Below, piece by piece: positions 57,692-64,000 of a stretch of 64,000 nucleotides of DNA (within the stretch, counting starts at the first letter, position 1; every line of letters begins with the position of its first letter). The translations under genes were made by a program, and so were the position numbers. The notes beneath the pieces were generated by a model, which saw only the letters and a list, made by a program, of their open reading frames with translations, was not told where the DNA came from and searched no databases. The stretch is from the NCBI GenBank assembly GCA_045047305.1, contig JASFYO010000003.1, positions 96,073-160,072 on the forward strand, in the 5' to 3' direction. Source of the stretch: Planctomycetota bacterium (GTDB taxonomy: Bacteria; Planctomycetota; UBA1135).

Positions 57692-60600
57692 TTACTTCAG
57701 GCGCTTTAAGTACCGGTCACGAAGTTCGGTCTGGTGCGAGGTCAACGCGACGGCTTTGCCAGCAATCCAAAGCTCACGAATACCATCCTGAATGAGCAGA
57801 GGGTCTCCATTGCAAAGGAAGAAGCTGGCGACCTTGCCTTCTTCAATGCTGCCGATATAGCGATCGACCCCAAGCGCCTTCGCGGAGCCTAGTGTCGCGG
57901 CGTATGCGGCTTTGCTTCTGCCCAGGCCCCAAGCGGCAGCCGTCGCAGCTTGGAATGGTAGGTTACGAGTGGTTTCTGGATTATCGGTGGCTAGTCCCAC
58001 CTGGCAGCCGGCAGCTTCGAGGATGGATGCACAGCGATATGGAGCATCAAATGGGTCGAACTCGGAGCCAGGAAGATGATGCGTTGAAGTGACAATGACG
58101 CGTGCATGATCACGCCCGAGGTACCCAGCAATTTTCCAAGCATCGCGAGCACCGCAGTACACAACAGAGAGTTGATTCTCTTTCGCCCAAGAGCGGGCGG
58201 CCATGATGGTCATGGCGTCATTGGCGAAGAGGAAGATGTCCTTTTCACCACGTGCATAAGGGAGCATGGCTTCGAGCTTGGCATCGCGCTGGTAGGTGGG
58301 TTCTCCAGCAGCGCTCAGGCGGTCTAAGCGTTCACCATAAGTCAAAGTGTCGGCCAGTAGTTGATCCAGTTCGGCGACGGCATCTGGGGTTTCAGGACCA
58401 TCCTCTTGTTCGAATTTACCGACCTGCGGGAAATTGAGATACAGGCCTAAATCGGTTTCGACTACAAGGTCAGCAGTGGTGACTCCAGAAAGTTGAATGA
58501 GTGCGGTTTGCCCTGAAATGCGTCCACTGGAAGGGCGTACCATGACATAAGCAATACCATGCTGACGCGTGACGGCGATGTGGTCTGAATCGGCATGCAC
58601 AGCCGCAGCAACACTGAGGTCGGGTTGATCGGTTCCAGTTTCGATGTCGTCGCGCGAAGCCCGTACCGCGCCATACTCCCAAATTCCGGTACGATCGAGT
58701 CCGTTAATGAAGGCCGGGTAAAGGTGAATCGTTGCATCGTTGAGTGGCATGTCGGTCATGTGATGGCGTTGTGGAAGATCAAACTTGTGCAATCCTTGCA
58801 CGACCTTTTCAATCTTGCCATCAACCACAAGCATGCTGCCGAAAAAAGGTTCACCTGTCATCGGGTGGATGGTGACCCCATTGATTTGGGCCGAACTGTC
58901 TATGCCAGCTGCAGTCCAGCGCTCCCAGTTTTCAGCTTTCTCATCTATTTCGTTAAGTGGCTCAGAGGGCTCTCCGGCAGCTACGAAGGCGTCGATTGCC
59001 TCGCTGTAATCACTCCAGCGAGAGTCGAGGTTTTCAGGGGCCTCGTAAATTACTTTGCCCCGCGCAAGGGTCCACATGCAACGAGAATAACCCTCTAAGG
59101 GGGGGCCATCGAAGATCGAAAGCGTGCCGTATTTACCTACTTCTAGGCTCCCAAGGTGGTCTTCCAGGCGTAGTTGTTTTGCGCTGTTCAAGGTACAAGT
59201 TGCCATGGCTGCTTCCCAACCCATGTTTCCGTAGAGCATGCCTTTGGCGGCTTCGGTGTTGAGACGACGAATCATTTCATCGGAATCCGAATTGATGGAG
59301 ACCACGACGCCAGCCTTGTCCAAAATGGAAACATTCCACGGGATGGCGTCACGGACTTCGAATTTATAGGCCCACCAATCGGAGAAGGTCGACGCCATGG
59401 CTCCGGCTTCCGCCAGTTCTGGAGCAACTTTGTAACCTTCTAAAACATGCTGGAACACCGGGCGTTGAATGCCAAATTCGCGGCAAATGCCAAGGAACAT
59501 GAGCAGTTCATCAGCACGGTAGGAGTGACATTGAATGTGCACCACGTTGTCGAGGATGTCGGCGAGAACTTCTAAACGCACATCGCGACGGAAGCCAGGC
59601 ATCTCACCCTTGGCCGCGCGCTGCCGCTGTATGGCATAATCCTGTGCATCGCGAAATGCGCGACGATAGGTGGCTTGCACCCCAACCCGAGAGTTTGGGA
59701 ATCGTTTGCCCCAAGCGCCAGACCAATTCGATTGCTTGACGTTTTCGCCCAAGGCAAACTTGATGTTGCGAGGGGCCTCTGGAACCAGCAAGGCCTCGAT
59801 GGAAGTCGCGAGGTAATCCAATTCCCATGTTGCAGCTTGTCCACCAATTGGGTTGGCTGAACCATGCAAAGATTGCACCAGGGCGGTCCCGCCAGCTGCA
59901 GCGCGGTAGATACCTACGTTTTCAGCTTGGATCATGTCGGCAATGCGACATTCTGCGGTGATCGAAACACTACCCTCATTGATGGAGTACAGCGCAAGGT
60001 GGGAGTGCGCATCGATGATGCCTGGCATGATGTGGAGCCCGGTGGCATCGACCACGGCGCAGTTCATCGGTGTGCGTATGGATTTCCCTACTTTTGTAAT
60101 TAACCCATCCTGAATCAAGATATCACCGACGTGTGGGGGAGTGCCATCCATGCGGTAAAGCATGGCTCCTTGGAATAATACGTCCGAGTGTTCCACAGCC
60201 CACTTCGAATGTAGAAAGCGATCCACGCGACGTTCAATCGGCCATTGTGGGTGCCCAGTTGCAACAGTGCCTTCTTTGCTTGGTTCCTCTGCATCCTCCT
60301 TTGCCGCGAGAGTTTTTCCGTCTCCACGCTTTCCGGTGAGGGGTGTATCACCCCATGGTGTCTTCATTTTGCCACGGATTTTCCCACCCTCAACCTTGAG
60401 GAATAGAGTGGTTTCCATTTCTGGCTCTGGCACATGGAAATCAAACTTGATTTGATTTCCTTTGAACTTAACACTAGTTCCGGAAAGCCGATCTTTGGGT
60501 GTGTCCGCTTGGAAGACTTCTACCGTTTCCTCTTCAGGGTTGAGCTCTACTGAGAACTCTTGATCACCCATCGGTGTTTCTACCACCAGGTCCCAGACAC

Positions 60601-61942
60601 CTGCGACTAGGTCGCCGTCATCCGGGTGTTCGCTTGTGTCCTCGGATTTTTCTTCGCCCTCCGTTTCGCCCTCCGCTTCTTCTAGCTGGTCCTCGTCTTG
60701 AGGGTAAGCGAATCCGCGTCCGTTGCTAAAAACCCAAGCTAGACTTGGCTCCTCAAAGGAATACTCGCCACGCGAAATTACCAGGTCAGCTGCAGGTGTG
60801 GGCCACTCCATGATTTCCAGCACATGGGTGCTCAAATCGGCATACAGCGCTGCGGATGTTATCGAGATCCCGTCCTCGCCCTGCATCTGTTCTACTGCCG
60901 TCCACAGGTCTTTCAGTTTGCTGGGCGCCACAAGGGCGCACGGGACATCCAGGGCGCGCAACGCCAGGTAATCATTGACGCGGTCATGGTGAAGCCGACG
61001 TTGCTCCATGCGTAAATCTTCAGGATCCTGCCAATACGGACGTTTCTCGCCATTCTCGGCCTTTAGATCTTCCTCTGACTTTGGCGCTTCGGGCAAATCG
61101 ATGGTGTAAAGCACGCGGAAGTTTTGCGCCTTTAATCGCGAAGCATGCTTCCATGCCTGATGCCCACCAAGGATGACCCAGCGACTTCCTTCTGCGGCGA
61201 AATCGCGATGCAAGTCAAGGATGTTTTCAATTTCCCGTGATCCATTAGCGCGTACCAAAACAAAATCGCCTACCACCAAATCGGGTGAAAGGTTCGGCAT
61301 GTTTTGATCGAGCAAAGTTTGACGTAGCATTGCCAAGGCAGCCATTTGTGTATTTGGATAACCACCGGTGCCACGTAAGGACATCAAGCTTGGCCCACTG
61401 CGGCGATAAAGTGCTTCGGCTAAAGGCAAGCCGTTGAATGCTATGTGGGAAGCCTTTCCTTGGAGAAGTCCCTTGGCCGGCAATAAGCTAGCACTAGTGA
61501 ATCCAGCGGCGCGCCAAACATCGGCATTCTCTGCGTCCCAATCTGCCGCATCGGCGGCACTGAACCAAGCGAGAAAGTTTTTGTGATCGCCATATTCCAT
61601 TGCTGGAATAGGGCCTTCCTTGGGGTCACTGGCGGTGCCAACATAAGGGTTTGCAGGAGTCTCTCCGCGGCCAGCTGGGAAGTTGGCATGGACTAAACCG
61701 GGATAAAGGATCCAGCCTTCTTCGCTGGTGATGACGCGCGCGTGCGGGTAATCCGCTGGATTGACCGGGGGAGTCAGGTATTCCACACTGCCATTGGCAT
61801 GAATCAATAAGGCAGTGGTCTTTGCAGCGCTACCGTCGTCGGCGAAGGCTTGAATCTCGGTGAGGAGAAAGGGGCCGTCGACAGGCGGAGCAGGTTCTTG
61901 GAAGGTGGTCGCGGCCAAGCAGGTCAGAGCGCAAATTAGCAT
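57692..61942 (-). CDS. Large exported amidohydrolase-family protein with three amidohydrolase-like modules
   Basis: Signal peptide; central module PGIIDAHSH..KFALGEN..HSYRADE..QHVLEG..NSD; flanking modules PGLVHAN and PAFINGL..GSIEEGK. Confidence 0.85.
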   Translation of the reverse strand: MLICALTCLAATTFQEPAPPVDGPFLLTEIQAFADDGSAAKTTALLIHANGSVEYLTPPVNPADYPHARVITSEEGWILYPGLVHANFPAGRGETPANPYVGTASDPKEGPIPAMEYGDHKNFLAWFSAADAADWDAENADVWRAAGFTSASLLPAKGLLQGKASHIAFNGLPLAEALYRRSGPSLMSLRGTGGYPNTQMAALAMLRQTLLDQNMPNLSPDLVVGDFVLVRANGSREIENILDLHRDFAAEGSRWVILGGHQAWKHASRLKAQNFRVLYTIDLPEAPKSEEDLKAENGEKRPYWQDPEDLRMEQRRLHHDRVNDYLALRALDVPCALVAPSKLKDLWTAVEQMQGEDGISITSAALYADLSTHVLEIMEWPTPAADLVISRGEYSFEEPSLAWVFSNGRGFAYPQDEDQLEEAEGETEGEEKSEDTSEHPDDGDLVAGVWDLVVETPMGDQEFSVELNPEEETVEVFQADTPKDRLSGTSVKFKGNQIKFDFHVPEPEMETTLFLKVEGGKIRGKMKTPWGDTPLTGKRGDGKTLAAKEDAEEPSKEGTVATGHPQWPIERRVDRFLHSKWAVEHSDVLFQGAMLYRMDGTPPHVGDILIQDGLITKVGKSIRTPMNCAVVDATGLHIMPGIIDAHSHLALYSINEGSVSITAECRIADMIQAENVGIYRAAAGGTALVQSLHGSANPIGGQAATWELDYLATSIEALLVPEAPRNIKFALGENVKQSNWSGAWGKRFPNSRVGVQATYRRAFRDAQDYAIQRQRAAKGEMPGFRRDVRLEVLADILDNVVHIQCHSYRADELLMFLGICREFGIQRPVFQHVLEGYKVAPELAEAGAMASTFSDWWAYKFEVRDAIPWNVSILDKAGVVVSINSDSDEMIRRLNTEAAKGMLYGNMGWEAAMATCTLNSAKQLRLEDHLGSLEVGKYGTLSIFDGPPLEGYSRCMWTLARGKVIYEAPENLDSRWSDYSEAIDAFVAAGEPSEPLNEIDEKAENWERWTAAGIDSSAQINGVTIHPMTGEPFFGSMLVVDGKIEKVVQGLHKFDLPQRHHMTDMPLNDATIHLYPAFINGLDRTGIWEYGAVRASRDDIETGTDQPDLSVAAAVHADSDHIAVTRQHGIAYVMVRPSSGRISGQTALIQLSGVTTADLVVETDLGLYLNFPQVGKFEQEDGPETPDAVAELDQLLADTLTYGERLDRLSAAGEPTYQRDAKLEAMLPYARGEKDIFLFANDAMTIMAARSWAKENQLSVVYCGARDAWKIAGYLGRDHARVIVTSTHHLPGSEFDPFDAPYRCASILEAAGCQVGLATDNPETTRNLPFQAATAAAWGLGRSKAAYAATLGSAKALGVDRYIGSIEEGKVASFFLCNGDPLLIQDGIRELWIAGKAVALTSHQTELRDRYLKRLK

Positions 61943-61948
61943 GCGGCG

Positions 61949-61958
61949 ATGTTACCCT
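61949..61958. promoter_or_regulatory. Bidirectional -10 element (TAACAT on -, TACCCT on +)
   Basis: ATGTTACCCT, 6 nt from ATG 61942(-) and 7 nt from GTG 61966(+). Confidence 0.7.
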
Positions 61959-61965
61959 GACGAAT

Positions 61966-62346
61966 GTGAACACGCCTCTGTTCCTTGCCAATCTTGCCCT
62001 TACGGTGGCGCTAGTTTGCCTGTCTCTGTGGACGGGTAAACGCGGTGTGCGCCCAACTCACTACGTGACGGTCGTGTTGACTGTAATTTGTCTAGTGTTT
62101 GCCATCATTCAGGCCGAGTTATATGGCCGCAACTATACTTTCGTTGCATGGAAGTTAAATGTGCATCTGGTATTTGCCACTTCGTGCTTGGCTTCGTTGA
62201 TACCATTGGTTGCAAGTGGCCTAAAACTTCGTAATCATCCGAGCACCCGCAAGAACCACAAGCGTTGGATTCGAGTGTTTTTAATCCTGCTTGGGTTTAC
62301 TGTATTGACCGCATGCACCATGTTTTTTGGTGCAGTCGAACACTAA
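61966..62346 (+). CDS. Small 4-TM membrane protein with His in helices (DUF420-like)
   Basis: Four hydrophobic segments with HY, VHL and HK motifs. Confidence 0.6.
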   Translation: MNTPLFLANLALTVALVCLSLWTGKRGVRPTHYVTVVLTVICLVFAIIQAELYGRNYTFVAWKLNVHLVFATSCLASLIPLVASGLKLRNHPSTRKNHKRWIRVFLILLGFTVLTACTMFFGAVEH

Positions 62347-63587
62347 TCCGGGCCGAGCAAGGCTTGGTGTACCAAGCTGATCGGATGCATGACCGTCATG
62401 CCGGACCCTTGCGCGCGTAGGGAGGATTCCATCTGAATTCTGCATCCGCTGTTGGCGTTCACCACGACTTGTGGATTGGATGCCAGTAGCATAGAAACTT
62501 TGCGCGCACCGATTTCTGCAGTGAGTTCGGCCTCGCGTAAAAAGGCGATGCCGCCAGCCCCACAGCAAAGAGATTCCTCCTCATGCATAAGCAATTCCAA
62601 CTCGGGAATCATGCGCAACACTTTTGGTGTGGCATCTTCGTTTTTTAGCACGAATAACTTATGGCACGGAGGGTCGTAAACTATTCTCTTTCGCAGCGGA
62701 TGAAAGATGCTGCGAAACCCTTGTTGGAGGAGGAACTCGAGCGGGTCCATCACCTTTTCGCGTGGATTTAATTCGTGCAGAAAGGCTTGGCATCCGGCCG
62801 CTGTGATCAAGATGGCATCGAATCCACTAAGGGCGCTGAGCGTTTCCGTGCCGCGTACTCGTCCGATGTCGGCGGCACCAGAATGCGCTTCCAGGGCGCC
62901 GCAACAGCTGGGTTGAGCGGGGATTGAAACGGTAAATCCTTGGTGATTTAAAACCGCGATGGTGTGCTGTAAAACTTCACCGAAAAAGTTGCCGTCGACG
63001 CAGCCAAGGTGCAAACTTACGCTTCCGCGCTGAACTCCAAGAGCTGAAAAAACGCTGCCCGGTTTTACATGAAACGGGGATGGGGAGCTTGGGACTGCGT
63101 CAATCAGGCGCCGCAATTTTCGCGGCGCTACTTTTTCTGCGAGAGGAAGCAAACCGGTGCGTCGGGCAAAGCGGGCCAAAGCTGCAGCGGAGCGTTGGCG
63201 TCGGGCGGAGCCAATCCAAGTGTTAAGGCGTCGGGTGATCTTGGGGTTGGGGTGTCGCGCCTGGAAGGCTTGCAGCAGGGAGTGGTAAGGGACATCAGAA
63301 GGGCAGGCGACTTCGCACGCCCGGCATTGAACACAACGGTTCAGGGCAGGTGCGATAGCTGCGGCATCGATGCGGTTCTCCATTTCAGCTCGGAGAAGCG
63401 CAAGCCGCCCGCGCGGTGAATCGGTTTCTAGCCCAGTGACCACATAGGTCGGGCAGCTTTGTAGGCATAAACCGCAGTGCATGCAATCCAACAAACCAGG
63501 TAGGCCACCTCCTTCGGAGCATGGAAGGTGGGTGTCGCCTTCTGGCCGAGGGAATCCGTCCGCAGTCGTTTGCGGGTAATCTTTCAT
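62343..63587 (-). CDS. glcF: Glycolate oxidase Fe-S subunit-like
   Basis: CMHCGLCLQSCP, SPRGR, CVQCRACEVACP and two CCG domains; ATGA overlap with glcE. Confidence 0.85.
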   Translation of the reverse strand: MKDYPQTTADGFPRPEGDTHLPCSEGGGLPGLLDCMHCGLCLQSCPTYVVTGLETDSPRGRLALLRAEMENRIDAAAIAPALNRCVQCRACEVACPSDVPYHSLLQAFQARHPNPKITRRLNTWIGSARRQRSAAALARFARRTGLLPLAEKVAPRKLRRLIDAVPSSPSPFHVKPGSVFSALGVQRGSVSLHLGCVDGNFFGEVLQHTIAVLNHQGFTVSIPAQPSCCGALEAHSGAADIGRVRGTETLSALSGFDAILITAAGCQAFLHELNPREKVMDPLEFLLQQGFRSIFHPLRKRIVYDPPCHKLFVLKNEDATPKVLRMIPELELLMHEEESLCCGAGGIAFLREAELTAEIGARKVSMLLASNPQVVVNANSGCRIQMESSLRAQGSGMTVMHPISLVHQALLGPD

Positions 63588-64000
63588 CGACGTGCTCCAA
63601 AGTGCGCTACACCTGGGGCGCATGCTTCTGCAATGGCATGCAACCATGGAGAGTCTTGTGGTAGTGGCGGGTCGCATGCTCCAGTACCTATTCGTTGAAG
63701 ATACTCGCGCAGCCAAAGGTCGCATTGAGCAGCGCCGCGTTCATCCATGACGGATGGGCAAAGGGGGCGGCTTGAAAACCGCAGTAGGCAACAACTCGGG
63801 TCCTTTGGATGTGGCATCATGAGTTCATGATCATTTTGCCAATGGTTTTCCAGAGGATCATTTGCTTGGCTGTACTCCGCCCAATAGCGTTGCTTACGCC
63901 GTGGACGTAAGCGCAAGGTGAAGTCGATTGCTATGGCAAGGCGTCCGCGTGAACCTAAGAGAAGGCGGGTGACGTCGTACCCAGCAACCGACTTCACCAC
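63584..64000 (-). CDS. glcE: FAD-binding oxidoreductase, GlcE-like (5' end outside window)
   Basis: VVKSVAGYDVTRLLLGSRGRLA..LRLRP; upstream of glcF. Confidence 0.78.
   Translation of the reverse strand: MVKSVAGYDVTRLLLGSRGRLAIAIDFTLRLRPRRKQRYWAEYSQANDPLENHWQNDHELMMPHPKDPSCCLLRFSSRPLCPSVMDERGAAQCDLWLREYLQRIGTGACDPPLPQDSPWLHAIAEACAPGVAHFGARR

Noticed and set aside
1..64000. Genome-wide UGA reassignment (code 4 or 25)
   Set aside because: TGA ends many genes at their expected C-termini and in ATGA overlaps; Trp is encoded by TGG; in intact genes, in-frame TGA was seen only at two catalytic Cys sites
1..64000. CRISPR arrays, tRNA/rRNA (including tRNA-Sec), IS elements, integrases, prophage, defence systems
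   Set aside because: No spaced repeats, cloverleafs, or transposase, phage or nuclease motifs seen by eye; intergenic gaps are mostly too short. tRNAscan-SE or Infernal would be needed to exclude small RNAs

Overview
A gene-dense bacterial chromosome segment with about 60 CDS. I saw no rRNA, tRNA, CRISPR array or mobile element. Gene content (FHA-GAF-sigma54 activator beside a Ser/Thr kinase, lpxC-fabZ fusion, MoxR-DUF58-transglutaminase, dxs-nadK) suggests a Planctomycetota-like diderm; this is inference only. Housekeeping blocks are glmU-prs-rplY-pth-rpsF-rpsR-rplI-dnaB-bamA-skp-lpxC/fabZ-lpxA-gfo-trmB, ettA, psd and glcE/F. Five points stand out. (1) Two genes are split by the ORF caller at an in-frame TGA exactly at the catalytic Cys position: an exported MsrA (G-U-FWG, with a good SECIS-like hairpin) and an exported TlpA-like redoxin (W-U-GPC). 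Both are probable selenoproteins. (2) A TANNNT -10 box lies 4-10 nt before many start codons, suggesting leaderless mRNAs. At five divergent junctions a 10-bp ANNNTANNNT element holds two -10 boxes sharing one TA. (3) A tandem glutamate dehydrogenase pair in which one copy has lost two active-site lysines. (4) A boxC-boxB-boxD benzoyl-CoA cluster with a divergent BoxR/BzdR-type regulator and TGCA-N6-TGCA operators, but no boxA or ligase in the window. (5) Two deletion-eroded gene relics, aqpZ and a DUF2891 paralog. All calls come from motif recognition by eye; no database searches were run.
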